Positions 1 to 19,034 are shown, counted from the stretch's first letter. The stretch is 53,383 nt of DNA from Tubiluchus corallicola (GCA_030141605.1 JAQGDQ010001233.1:1-53383); one strand, 5' to 3'. Numbers and translations are program-made. The notes: generated from the sequence alone by a model not told the origin.

Positions 1-1085
1 TTTCACAATGTCAAATTAGAGATTGTAATTAGAAAACTGTGTAATTTGTTTGATTTAGTAGCACTTTATCCATTATAATGTCGTAATTAGTGTAATGTTC
101 AGTTTTGTTGCAGACACTACTTCCTATACTTAACAGTTTTTAAAAAAAAATCTAATAAATAATATAACAGGTATATACAATGTTTCTTTATTTACATTTA
201 TCTACAATTTATTTGCCATTCCATTTTATCAACCCGTTCCTGAAGAAAGTTCACATTCATAGTCATTTGTTTATGGTCGTATACTGCCCTTACAGGTATT
301 TATATAAACGAGATACTTTATGATGGTAACTGTTTGTGATGTGTAAGGCGACTGACTTATTTGACCTTTATGGGCTTTTAAAGTGCTTAAAGCTGTACAG
401 GGAAACGTGTTACTAAATCACGATCATTTTGACCGATAGACGCAGACATTTTGACGTGTAAGCAAATGGTAAGTAACATTCTAACATAACCGCATGAAAA
501 AGGACATAGTTTCCGTGACATGACGTTGCAGTACACGTGAAACTATGTCGCAAAAAACTTTTTCATGCACGGTTATGTTAGAATGTTACTTAGCATTTTG
601 CTTACGTCAAAATGGCTGCGTCTAACGGTCAAAATGATATTGATTTAGTAACACGTTTCCCTGTACAGCTTTAAGCACTTTAAAAGTCCATAAAGGTGAA
701 ATAAGTCAGTCGTCTTACACACCACAAACAGTTACCAACATAAAGTATTTTGTTTAAATAAATGTCTGTAAGGGCAGTATACGACTTATAAACACACGAC
801 TATGAATCTGAACTTTCTTCTGTTTATTACAGGAACGGCTGGCAGGATATATATATATATTTGTAAATACTTGTAAATAATGTAAATAAACAAAAATATA
901 AAATATATATATCTGTTATATTATTTATTAGAGTTTTTTTAAAAGCTGTTAAGTATAGGAAGTAGTGTCTGCAACAAAACTGAACATTACACTAATTATG
1001 ACATTATAACGGATAAAGTGCTACTAAATCAAACAAATTACACAGTTCTCTAATTACAATCTCTAATTTGACATTGCGAAAGGGC
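1..1085. repeat. Imperfect ~0.5 kb-arm palindrome (foldback) of a dispersed repeat family, centre ~518-535
   Basis: 1-510 is the diverged reverse complement of ~540-1082 (e.g. tttcacaatgtcaaattagagattgtaattag at 1 vs ctaattacaatctctaatttgacattgcgaa near 1050-1080). Pieces of the same family recur at ~16260-17040, 17165-17265, 18044-18420, 43125-43190 and 46878-47085. Confidence 0.85.
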
Positions 1086-2019
1086 ATAAATAGTACATAA
1101 ATTACACCGCTGTGCAATGCCTATCATTACAGTTAAGACAACTAAGCTTATTCTTATGTTAGCACACCTATATTTTACAAAATTGTTTGCACAGTACAAT
1201 CAATACTCAAACTTTCCATACAGATCGTGAACTTGTATACGTAGTTTACACAATAAAGCAAAGTTTTTGTTAATTGTAAACCGAAAATACGTTTTAGCGA
1301 TTGGTCACGTAACTAGTCTTGTTCAGGTGTAGTTCAAAATACAGCCTATGATAAGCAACGTTACACTTGAATAATCATCAAGACGACTAAGAGATGCCAA
1401 GATGTTAAGTCATCTTATTTTTGCAAAATATTATCATCACCATTACAATGTTGTGTAATTTTTCAGATAAACGTTATGCAATTAGTTATGAAATCTTATG
1501 TTCAACACTTGCCAAATCTACTTAAAAAATATATGGTTTGCTTTCAGGTAAAACGTAATAAAGCCACTAAAATCCAACTCAAGATTTTTGGGCTTTAAAA
1601 GCAGCACAGTAGAGCAGTATACATATAAACCTATATAACACCCTATTCTGCATACACGTAGACCGTCTGAGCTCATAATACGTTATAATGTTTATTTACA
1701 TTGCTATAATTTCGTTGCTTCTAAATCTTGGCTAACAATATCCACAGGGTTTATGACAGAAAAACGTTCTAACGCTCCCTAAAGTAGCTAGAAAGTTTAG
1801 CTTATTTACAAGTTCTGGCAACATCATTACCATGTTCACGTTGTCTTTAACCTGTTAAAACACTCACGTTTCGCCGTGGTTAATTCGGTGCTTTCACAAC
1901 CAATTTTACATATTTCATTGATTTTATACATCACCTGTCCAGTTTTCCAGAAACTGAACATATTCACCAGGCTTAAGTAATATAGCTATTTCAAACAGAA
2001 GATCTTGTGGTGTGATAGA

Positions 2020-2284
2020 TTACTTTAATTTAATACGTAGGACGTTTACAGTCTCTGATTGGCTATTCGTCTAAACCAAATATGGCCGCTCGACAGCTAC
2101 GAAGAATTCCCAGTCCTCACAGGCTAAAGTCTCTAAGACGTGCACCTTCACGAATTTCTCCAGACCTTGCCACCGGTAGACCCCGCTCCGCCCGGGGAAG
2201 AGTTTAGCGTCCCCGTCTCTCTGGGCGTCGGAGACGAATAAATACGTGCTGTCACCCACACGAAATGACTCCCAGTCAGTTGCA
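2020..2284 (-). pseudogene. Terminal exon of TSPEAR-like EAR/EPTP-repeat gene with internal TAG (copy 1)
   Basis: Acceptor tttattttttcag is followed by (S)ATDWESFRVGDSTYLFVS...VYRWQGLEKFVKVHVLETLACEDWEFF...PYLV*TNSQSETVNVLRIKLK*. This is colinear with the vertebrate TSPEAR C-terminus as I recall it (DWEFF...YRWQG..F..VH.L.T..C.DWE.F). No other exons recognised. Confidence 0.7.
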
Positions 2285-2424
2285 CTGAAAAATAAATACG
2301 CTAAGATTAAAATGTCAAAAGACAAAGGAATTATGTCACATATAAAACAATGAATTATAAAAAAACATATGATTTCACTATATAATAATCTTGTTTTGCC
2401 ATACCTGAGCTACTGTAAAACTCT

Positions 2425-3549
<1,125 letters not shown>

Positions 3550-4099
3550 GTAGTAGTATTATACAAGAAACATGACGAAATCACACGAAGATTTTACCAC
3601 ATTGATGTTACGAACACTAATGTAGAAACAGCAAAAAATTTGGATGATACCCTCAGATTTTTGTAAACATTGTGACCTTCGCAGGTAAATAGATCAATTA
3701 AAAACGTGGACACGAATTAGTAGACATTTGTAAAAATGTTAAAGGAACACAGGATGGTTTTTCATATACTATCCCATTATCAAGTACGATTACGTTTTTC
3801 ATATACATTTTAACACAATTAATACTGTAAAACCGTTTCTGATAATTAAATAATGGTTTAAAAACTTAATTAATGGCTGGCGAGCCCAACTAGTGATGAC
3901 ATCACAAACTAACATACTTTTCAGCAGCAAAAATATTCCAAGAGCGTGTTGCGCGTGTTTGCGAAAGAGAAAATTGAAGTACAGTGCTACACAACATAAT
4001 GCGACATCAAGCCCACAGTGACATTTAGCAAAAGCATGAATGTTGGATTATTCAGATCAGTTTTTCAACTTCTACAACATAATGCCAACATTAGGCCCA

Positions 4100-5175
4100 C
4101 ATAGCTGGATGCATTGTCAAACAAAAACAAAAGAGATGTTCTGATATTTACAAAATCCAAATAAGTTTTTGAAATATTAAATACAATACATACAAATTAC
4201 AATAAAAGTGTTACTGGTATCTTAACGTATATCATAAAATTTACTGTTTACTAGCATTTTGCAACTTCAGTTTAGATTTGGCGTTTTGCCTTTAAAAACT
4301 GAGCCTGGTCTATTCCAAGAGCCTGCCCTGCAGGAACGAATATGTGAAATGTGCAATTTAGGAGAAGTAGAAAAACGACATACATTTCCTACTTGACTGC
4401 CACGTTTTATAACACGCATAGAAGGGATTTATTTCAAAAATGTTGTCACAATAACCCATATAGGGTCACCGGGGGGGGGGGGTGAAAAATGACCCCCTGA
4501 CCGTTTTTTTTGCATTTTACGCTTTCACCATACGCATCCCAGTAAACCTTTTCTATGACTTTTTCTAAATATGTTTTGTGCACAAAATACTTTCAGTTAT
4601 TTATTTTAGGCGCATTGTCTCACCACGAAATAAAAGTGAAAATGCAATATGTCGATGTTTTAAAATTGTCATATTTTTTAAAACAAAATGTCAGTTACTC
4701 AAATTACTCCACCTAAAAGAAGAAAGTAGTAGACAATAAATTCAAAATAGCAATGATTTTTGCACACTGGCTAGCAATGTCGGTTGTCTACAGTTATTCC
4801 AGCATAGATAAGGGAACGTAACTAAGTGAATTTAAATTTCGTATTACTAGTAAGTCACGTGACTTTAAGCAGAGGTATAATGTATCCTATGGTGGTCAGC
4901 ATAACCACAAATTATGCTGTTGCTGTTTACTAATGAAACAAGGCGGTTTATCAAAAGTAATTTACGAATTATGGTGGGGTAATTTTTACCCCCCCCGGTT
5001 ACCAAAATCGGTTGTACTATATCGTGACCCTATAAAGGTTAAACAAAATTTCATACCACTGACGAGTACCGAAACGCTTTCTTTCATTACGAATGCTGAT
5101 GTTTCAACTAGAAGATTTGCTTGTTTTATACAAAATTCTTACTTGAAGAGGCAAAACGAAATCTCCAGCCAATGA
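4100..5175 (+). mobile_element. Degenerate LINE C-terminal fragment (RTEX-like), interrupted by a MITE
   Basis: Translation gives QFRFGVLPLKTEPG...ERICEMCNLGEVE..HFLLDC (C-terminal Cys/His motif) and resumes after the MITE as NFIPLTSTETLSFITN...FACFIQNSYLKRQ. Mirrored at ~12454-13510. Confidence 0.55.
4455..5038. mobile_element. piggyBac-like MITE
   Basis: Termini ataa|cccatatagggtcac ... gtgaccctataaagg|ttaa: imperfect TIR with a TTAA-type target and subterminal GGGG/CCCC inverted motifs. Confidence 0.65.
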
Positions 5176-5256
5176 CTTTGCAATCTTGTGCCATATATGG
5201 TACGACCCATATGAATTTTTGTCAAGTGGAATTACGATAACCTTTTGGCCTTATGC

Positions 5257-5708
5257 CAACACAAATGTTAGAAAATTTTCTATTAAATACAATGGCCCTT
5301 ACACATGGAATTAAATTGCTCCAGCTAGTAAAAATGCCAACTCGCTGTCCATATTTAAAAAAAATATAAATTAAACTTACTTGAAACATGTAACTGATCA
5401 CTCAATCATGATTTGTTGTTTTTTCATTTTCAAAAACTTCCCCTCTAGTATAATAATATTTTTATTACTCCCCACCCGTATTTATATTTGTATATATTGT
5501 AATATTGTATCTGTATATATTGTAATTTTTTCGTAACTAATTCTAGTGGCCTACCATAAGCTAGCTGCTTAGGCCTCTAGCGCAGAATTCATGAATTGTA
5601 TCATATTTTATACTAACAAAAACTGATTATCGATGCACATGTAATGTATATGTATATGTATATCGCGAAATAAATCTATTAAATCTATATCTAATCTAAA
5701 TCTAAATC
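5257..5708 (+). mobile_element. 3' end of L2/Crack-like LINE
   Basis: Near identical to the 3' end and UTR of the LINE at 44900-45770 (minus strand); ends in aataaa plus an (atctaa)n tail. Mirrored at ~11921-12372. Confidence 0.75.
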
Positions 5709-5919
5709 TAAGCCTTGTAAGCTTGAATGCCTGGGTTCACGCCAAAATTTTTGTCGTGCATAGAACGGTGAAAGCAATTGTAAATGTTGTTGTTGTTGGC
5801 ATCCTTCTGTCTCGAAAGACAATGGAGTCTGCGACGACTGCGACGCCTTACGGAAAAAAGAGCAAACACATTTGATCCGCTTTGCCCAGTGATCCAGTTT
5901 ACCCGGGTCTCCCCTACAG

Positions 5920-7406
<1,487 letters not shown>

Positions 7407-7809
7407 CCTACAGCAGGGGTCAGAGGACTAAAAGCACAATTCATTTATTTGCATTGTACAGCATTTTACGAACCTGCGGTGTGTGTATCCATTACAAGCC
7501 AGAAAGCAGGGGAGGTAGACCTGGTTTCTTTTACAAATCTGCATTGTGGGCTAAGAAATTAACGTGTTCTAAATATAATTGAAGTTGGGAGCCAAACATG
7601 GCCGGACGCTCTCGGAAACAAAACCTGTGGGATTCTGGGAAGGCAAACCACGTGCTTAGCGGGCAGCATGGCGTGTAGCTGCTTTTGTTATGAGAAGCGG
7701 TTTTTTTCAATTTAAATCATTAAATACGTTGGCAAAAACAAAGACTTGAGCCAAATTCGCAATTCAAAATAAGTTTAAAAATAATAAATTAACATTTATA
7801 GTTGAAAAC

Positions 7810-7975
7810 AACAAACTTTATTAAAAACTTTTGCATTAAAAAGCTAAAATCATGTCAAAAGTTTCGACTAGCTGTTGCTGTCGTCATCAGTGGTAAATTT
7901 ACAAACGTGCAACCAGTTTACACAGGCAGGGCCTATCAAGCACTAATTTCAACTTTTTAATGCAAAAGTTTTTAA
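7810..7975 (-). mobile_element. Possible Penelope-like terminal fragment with hammerhead-like core
   Basis: Minus strand reads CTGATGA-c-gac...gtc-GAAAC...aataaa; perfect 23-bp inverted repeat 7821-7843/7953-7975. Confidence 0.35.
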
Positions 7976-8049
7976 CTATAAATGTTTTTATGCGCCCGTA
8001 ATAAAATTGGTTTTGGATTAATAAATTAACATTTAATAATTATTTAGTA

Positions 8050-8081
8050 ATTTAATAATAACAATAATAATAATAATAATA

Positions 8082-8143
<62 letters not shown>
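8050..8143. repeat. (AAT)n/(GAT)n microsatellite
   Basis: Directly visible. Confidence 0.9.
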
Positions 8144-8962
8144 TAACGTTTAATCATTATTATTTAATTATTATTAACGTCTATTATTTAATTATTAATT
8201 AGCGCTTTTGCGGCATTAATTGTGTTAAAATGTATACTTTTTATCAGACTTGGAAAAGGGATAGTATTTCAAAAATCATCCTGCCTACCTTTATTAATCT
8301 GTGCTAACTAAATTTTGCACAAAAAAAATCAATCACAAACTATCTCGGTAGAAGGAAGTTAGTAACAATTTTTTATGGAAATTTTACTAATGTTCTAACA
8401 CTAAGGGTGCAAACCGTTTAAAGCGCAACAAAACCCTCCTCTTACATAAAGGTTAAAAAATTCGTTTTGAAATTTTATATCACTTACAGACTGCCTTCTT
8501 GCATGCAGGGCTTGCGTCGGCAGTAATGCTGTATAAAACTTGTAAGTTTAAACTTCTGCGATGACCGTTAGCGCAACCATTCTGATGATAAGTCATTTGA
8601 AACAAGTTTTGATAACATTTTGTAAAGTTATTTAACGTTTTTGTACTTATGTGCCCAGCAAATAGAGAGCTTATTGCATCATTTTCAATAAAGATTTTTA
8701 AAAGTTATTAATAAACATATACATATTCATGTATGTATCCAATTTTAAAAAGAAAATCTTTAAAGTTACCTTGTCCTAGTAAAATGCCACGAGATCGTTT
8801 TTCTAGTCATTTGCGAACTGCAGGGGGTATCACGACTTCCTTTGGCTGACCGCTCTATCCAGCCCATCTCTATTGTGAATTTATGGCTGTTTATGTAATG
8901 AACCAATAAACAATTACTTGTGGTGTATTAGAAACACTATCAACCTTGTTTTTACGAGATTC

Positions 8963-9138
8963 ATTATTATTATATTATTAGTAATTATTAACATTATTAT
9001 TATTATTATTACTATTATTATTATTTATTTTTCATTTATTATTATTGTTTTTTTATCGTTATTGTTATTATTATCATTGTTCGTTATCATTATTATTTAT
9101 ATTATTATTGTTGTTCGCTATTATTGTTATTGTAGTAA

Positions 9139-9169
<31 letters not shown>

Positions 9170-9185
9170 TATTATTATTATTATT
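8963..9185. repeat. Degenerate (ATT)n microsatellite
   Basis: Directly visible. Confidence 0.9.
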
Positions 9186-9847
9186 CGCATGGATTTGTAT
9201 AGTGGTTACATTCCAGCAGGCGGAGTAACTGCTTGTTGTGTGATACCTTGCCCCTGTTCATTATGTGGCACTTATATAAAAGGTAAGCTCAGCAACTGTC
9301 TGTGGCGTGTTATAAAATGCTCCCTTTACATGAATATGAAAGCATTCATAGGAGGATAAGAATTTTTTCTAAAATGTGATGCCCCTAAAACTTCTGCGCC
9401 CTATGCAGCAGCCCAGGTAGCCTATACGCCCCTTGGTAAATACGCCCCCGTTCTGGTGATGTTAAAAATACATTAACAGGAAGAATTGGTATCAAATTCA
9501 AACCTTGAAAGTGCTACACGTTCGCAAAGCTTGTATATCAAAGAGCGTTTAGTACCCCGTGCATGCACCCGCCCGCGAGGGGGCACATTGAAATAAGGAG
9601 AGATCCCGTTTCCCGAAACCTTATCCTGGGAGCGCAAAGAAAAACTCGTCTATAAGTTTTGTTGTGTTTAGCATCCGGGGTGTTTGGGAAAACTCCATTA
9701 GGAAATGAAGGTCAGCACAGCACGAGTGGATATTGGATAGTGGGTCGGGGTGGGGGGCAGTCCAAGGACCAATTTCCATTCCAAGGAGCATCGTAACTTG
9801 ACCCAGCAAAAAACTACTGAAACAACCAGCTGCAGTTGGATGTTTGG

Positions 9848-11709
<1,862 letters not shown>

Positions 11710-12590
11710 CTGTAGGGGAGACCCGGGTAAACTGGATCACTAGGCAAAGCGGATCAAATGTGTTTGCTCTTTTTTCCGTAAGGCGTCGCAGTCGTCGCAG
11801 ACTCCATTGTCTTTCGAGACAGAAGGATGCCAACAACAACAACATTTACAATTGCTTTCACCGTTCTATGCACGACAAAAATTTTGGCGTGAACCCAGGC
11901 ATTCAAGCTTACAAGGCTTAGATTTAGATTTAGATTAGATATAGATTTAATAGATTTATTTCGCGATATACATATACATATACATTACATGTGCATCGAT
12001 AATCAGTTTTTGTTAGTATAAAATATGATACAATTCATGAATTCTGCGCTAGAGGCCTAAGCAGCTAGCTTATGGTAGGCCACTAGAATTAGTTACGAAA
12101 AAATTACAATATATACAGATACAATATTACAATATATACAAATATAAATACGGGTGGGGAGTAATAAAAATATTATTATACTAGAGGGGAAGTTTTTGAA
12201 AATGAAAAAACAACAAATCATGATTGAGTGATCAGTTACATGTTTCAAGTAAGTTTAATTTATATTTTTTTTAAAGATGGACAGCGAGTTGGCATTTTTA
12301 CTAGCTGGAGCAATTTAATTCCATGTGTAAGGGCCATTGTATTTAATAGAAAATTTTCTAACATTTGTGTTGGCATAAGGCCAAAAGGTTATCGTAATTC
12401 CACTTGACAAAAATTCATATGGGTCGTACCATATATGGCACAAGATTGCAAAGTCATTGGCTGGAGATTTCGTTTTGCCTCTTCAAGTAAGAATTTTGTA
12501 TAAAACAAGCAAATCTTCTAGTTGAAACATCAGCATTCGTAATGAAAGAAAGCGTTTCGGTACTCGTCAGTGGTATGAAATTTTGTTTAA

Positions 12591-13173
12591 CCTTTATAGG
12601 GTCACGATATAGTACAACCGATTTTGGTAACCGGGGGGGGTAAAAATTACCCCACCATAATTCGTAAATTACTTTTGATAAACCGCCTTGTTTCATTAGT
12701 AAACAGCAACAGCATAATTTGTGGTTATGGTGACCACCATAGGATACAATATACCTCTGCTTAAAGTCACGTGACTTACTAGTAATACGAAATTTAAATT
12801 CACTTAGTTACGTTCCCTTATCTATGCTGGAATAACTGTAGACAACCGACATTGCTAGCCAGTGTGCAAAAATCATTGCTATTTTGAATTTATTGTCTAC
12901 TACTTTCTTCTTTTAGGTGGAGTAATTTGAGTAACTGACATTTTGTTTTAAAAAATATGACAATTTTAAAACATCGACATATTGCATTTTCACTTTTATT
13001 TCGTGGTGAGACAATGCGCCTAAAATAAATAACTGAAAGTATTTTGTGCACAAAACATGTTTAGAAAAAGTCATAGAAAAGGTTTACTGGGATGCGTATG
13101 GTGAAAGCGTAAAATGCAAAAAAACGGTCAGGGGGTCATTTTTCACCCCCCCCCCCCGGTGACCCTATATGGG
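12591..13173. mobile_element. Mirror copy of piggyBac-like MITE
   Basis: ttaa|cctttatagggtcac ... gtgaccctatatggg|ttat. Confidence 0.65.
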
Positions 13174-14044
13174 TTATTGTGACAACATTTTTGAAATAAA
13201 TCCCTTCTATGCGTGTTATAAAACGTGGCAGTCAAGTAGGAAATGTATGTGGTTTTTCTACTTCCCCTAAATTGCACATTTCACATATTCGTTCCTGCAG
13301 GGCAGGCTCAATTTTTAAAGGCAAAACGCTAAACTGAAGTTGCAAAATGCTAGTAAACAGTAAATTTTATGATATACGTTAAGATACCAGTAACACTTTT
13401 ATTGTAATTTGTATGTATTGTATTTAATATTTCAAAAACTTATTTGGATTTTGTAAATATCAGAACATCTCTTTTGTTTTTGTTTGACAATGCATCCAGC
13501 TATGTGGGCCTAATGTTGGCATTATGTTGTAGAAGTTGAAAAACTGATCTGAATAATCCAACATTCATGCTTTTGCTAAATGTCACTGTGGGCTTGATGT
13601 CGCATTATGTTGTGTAGCACTGTACTTCAATTTTCTCTTTCGCAAACACGCGCAACACGCTCTTGGAATATTTTTGCTGCTGAAAAGTATGTTAGTTTGT
13701 GATGTCATCACTAGTTGGGCTCGCCAGCCATTAATTAAGTTTTTAAACCATTATTTAATTATCAGAAACGGTTTTACAGTATTAATTGTGTTAAAATGTA
13801 TATGAAAAACGTAATCGTACTTGATAATGGGATAGTATATGAAAAACCATCCTGTGTTCCTTTAACATTTTTACAAATGTCTACTAATTCGTGTCCACGT
13901 TTTTAATTGATCTATTTACCTGCGAAGGTCACAATGTTTACAAAAATCTGAGGGTATCATCCAAATTTTTTGCTGTTTCTACATTAGTGTTCGTAACATC
14001 AATGTGGTAAAATCTTCGTGTGATTTCGTCATGTTTGTATAATA

Positions 14045-15095
<1,051 letters not shown>

Positions 15096-15236
15096 TAGAG
15101 GTTTTGGCAGTAGTCTGTATGGCAAAACAAGATTATTATATAGTGAAATCATATGTTTTTTTATAATTCATTGTTTTATATGTGACATAATTCCTTTGTC
15201 TTTTGACATTTTAATCTTAGCGTATTTATTTTTCAG

Positions 15237-15501
15237 TGCAACTGACTGGGAGTCATTTCGTGTGGGTGACAGCACGTATTTATTCGTCTCCGACGCCCAG
15301 AGAGACGGGGACGCTAAACTCTTCCCCGGGCGGAGCGGGGTCTACCGGTGGCAAGGTCTGGAGAAATTCGTGAAGGTGCACGTCTTAGAGACTTTAGCCT
15401 GTGAGGACTGGGAATTCTTCGTAGCTGTCGAGCGGCCATATTTGGTTTAGACGAATAGCCAATCAGAGACTGTAAACGTCCTACGTATTAAATTAAAGTA
15501 A
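15237..15501 (+). pseudogene. Terminal exon of TSPEAR-like EAR/EPTP-repeat gene with internal TAG (copy 2)
   Basis: Mirror of 2020-2284; acceptor AG at 15235-15236, TAG at 15448-15450, TAA at 15499-15501. Confidence 0.7.
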
Positions 15502-18043
15502 TCTATCACACCACAAGATCTTCTGTTTGAAATAGCTATATTACTTAAGCCTGGTGAATATGTTCAGTTTCTGGAAAACTGGACAGGTGATGTATAAAAT
15601 CAATGAAATATGTAAAATTGGTTGTGAAAGCACCGAATTAACCACGGCGAAACGTGAGTGTTTTAACAGGTTAAAGCCAACGTGAACATGGTAATGATGT
15701 TGCCAGAACTTGTAAATAAGCTAAACTTTCTAGCTACTTTAGGGAGCGTTAGAACGTTTTTCTGTCATAAACCCTGTGGATATTGTTAGCCAAGATTTAG
15801 AAGCAACGAAATTATAGCAATGTAAATAAACATTATAACGTATTATGAGCTCAGACGGTCTACGTGTATGCAGAATAGGGTGTTATATAGGTTTATATGT
15901 ATACTGCTCTACTGTGCTGCTTTTAAAGCCCAAAAATCTTGAGTTGGATTTTAGTGGCTTTATTACGTTTTACCTGAAAGCAAACCATATATTTTTTAAG
16001 TAGATTTGGCAAGTGTTGAACATAAGATTTCATAACTAATTGCATAACGTTTATCTGAAAAATTACACAACATTTTAATGGTGATGATAATATTTTGCAA
16101 AAATAAGATGACTTAACATCTTGGCATCTCTTAGTCGTCTTGATGATTATTCAAGTGTAACGTTGCTTATCATAGGCTGTATTTTGAACTACACCTGAAC
16201 AAGACTAGTTACGTGACCAATCGCTAAAACGTATTTTCGGTTTACAATTAACAAAAACTTTGCTTTATTGTGTAAACTACGTATACAAGTTCACGATCTG
16301 TATGGAAAGTTTGAGTATTGATTGTACTGTGCAAACAATTTTGTAAAATATAGGTGTGCTAACATAAGAATAAGCTTAGTTGTCTTAACTGTAATGATAG
16401 GCATTGCACAGCGGTGTAATTTATGTACTATTTATGCCCTTTCACAATGTCAAATTAGAGATTGTAATTAGAGAACAGTGTAAGTTGTTTGATTTAGTAG
16501 CACTTTATCCGTTATAATGTCATAATTAGTGTAATGTTCAGTTTTGTTGCAGACACTACTTCCTATACTTAACAGCTTTTAAAAAAACTCTAATAAATAA
16601 TATAACAGATATATATATTTTATATTTTTGTTTATTTACATTATATACAAGTATTTACAAATATATATATATATATCCTGCCAGCCGTTCCTGTAATAAA
16701 GAGAAGAAAGTTCAGATTCATAGTCGTGTGTTTATAAGTCGTATACTGCCCTTACAGGCATTTATTTAAACAAAATACTTTATGTTGGTAACTGTTTGTG
16801 GTGTGTAAGACGACTGACTTATTTCACCTTTATGGACTTTTAAAGTGCTTAAAGCTGTACAGGGAAACGTGTTACTAAATCAATATCATTTTGACCGTTA
16901 GACGCAGCCATTTTGACGTAAGCAAAATGCCAAGTAACATTCTAACATAACCGTGCATGAAAAAGTTTTTTGCGACATAGTTTCACGTGTACTGCAACGT
17001 CATGTAATGGCGCCGTCGGAACACTGTCACGGGAAACTTAAAATGAAAACAAACAAAAAACCCTTTTGACGTGAGTACGATTTGCTCATATAATTGTTCC
17101 CGCAAACACATTAAACAAATGACAACCATTCTTAGATTTTTAAGAATAATATAAGAATATATAATATAAGAATAAGCTTAGTTGTCTTAACTGTAATGAT
17201 AGGCATTGCACGGCCGAGTAATTTAATATTCTATTTATGCTCTTTCACAATGTCAAATTAGAGATAGGTTACGTATAAGCAAGAATTTTTTATGTAAACT
17301 GTACGGAATGAGAGATTGTAGAATTTAATTATTTTTGCCGTTTCTGCTTGCTTTATTTAAAAAAGCAAATTTTTGTTTTAATAATTTGCTCGATAGGCTC
17401 ATATAAGGACACGTCCAGTTTGTCACGTCACGTGGTGGCATTAAAATAATATAAAAATGTGAGAATTAGCATTCAATTTTACCTATAGCTGTGCAGGTGT
17501 CTCCTGTGGGTGTATTTAACAAACTGAATTACTTTAATTTAATAAGGACAGACAAGGACAGACATGGGTTTTAACTAATATTCACCAATACAATTCAGAA
17601 ATTGCTTGCGAAATTTTGTACTCTATAGAGTTAAGTGCTTCGAATTTAAGATTATGTAAAGAATAAAAACTTTAAAAATAAATTTCAAAGCAAAATACCA
17701 AGTTATGTTATTGTCAAGCGGCAAAAGCTGTTATTAAATAGCACATCTATGGTTTGGAAGAGCTCGTCATAGTGCCAGGTTACTGAAAAAACTACACTCT
17801 GGTAAACCTAACTTGATGCGCTTAGGATCTGTTACTTGTTAAAGTAGTTGGTTTTTTCCTCATTAGATGGCAGCATAGTATAATGGATTTGTTATACAAG
17901 AGTAAACATCGTACAGCAAATAAGAGCAATGTCAGTGAGCAGACGATTCAGAACTGTTTTAGTCACGCACAACAACAGATTTTCAACTTTTTTATAAATA
18001 CGAGAACTTTGTGGGCCAACTTCTTCACGAGAAAATGAAGCAA

Positions 18044-18420
18044 CTTTGCTTTATTGTGAATGCTACATATGCAAGTTCACGATCTGTACGGAAAGTTTGA
18101 GTATTGATTGTACTGTGCAAACAATTTTGTAAAATATAGGTGCGCTAATATAAGAATAAGCTTAGTTGTCTTAGCTGTAATGATAGCATTGTACGGCGGA
18201 GTAATTTATGTACTATTTATGCCCTTTCACAATGTCAAATTAGAGATTGTAATTAGAGAACTGTGTAATTTGTTTGAATTAGTAGCACTTTATCCATTAT
18301 AATGTCGTAATTAGTGTAATGTTCAGTTTTGTTGCAGACACTACTTCCTATACTTAACAGTTTTTACAAAAATTTAATAACTAATATAACAGGTATATAA
18401 AATTTTTGTTTTTTACATTT
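18044..18420 (+). repeat. Further copy of the dispersed repeat family seen at 1-1270
   Basis: Matches ~16258-16640 directly. Confidence 0.85.
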
Positions 18421-18481
18421 ATACGCAGCAACAAACAGCAAATTTAGAACAGCATTTAAGAAGATTCTTACATGCCGGTAA
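18421..18481 (+). pseudogene. 3' remnant of a cluster GPCR (YAATNSKFRTAFKKILTCR*), followed by its 3' flank to ~18650
   Basis: Near identical to 21649-21880 and 37028-37230. Confidence 0.9.
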
Positions 18482-19034
18482 AAATAATTACAAAGTACGT
18501 TGTTGTCTCAGTTCTGCTTGAATGATCAAAGTGTTTCTGTAACTTGTGGTTGACTAAGTGTCACCTGGCCAGGTACTAATCAGAATGATATCTACAGGAA
18601 AGATTTTGGAATTACGTGAACCAAACTGTGCAACTGTAAAACTCAAAAGATTTAATATTGTATTATCACCATAAACGTAGTTTTTACAATCAAATAACAG
18701 TTAGCTTTAGATTCTTTGTTTAGATGAACATTATTTGCGCCATTTTGTGAGTGTAATAATTATTGCCTTCAAAATTTAGGGCTATTCATCACAGCAAACA
18801 TTGCAACATGCTACTCTCTATTATATATACGTAATTAAATGAAGGCTTTTAGGAATGTACACAAGACGTATTGTTTGTGATTGACGCCATACTAACAACA
18901 GTCTGGGCGTTCTAAAATACTAATGGGATAATGGGATGTGCAGGCTTCTGTGTTAAAAAGCAGAATTGTATTTCTCCAGTGAACAAACATGTCACCGTAA
19001 CGTTGGTGATCATGTGAAATGGTAACATATAAAA

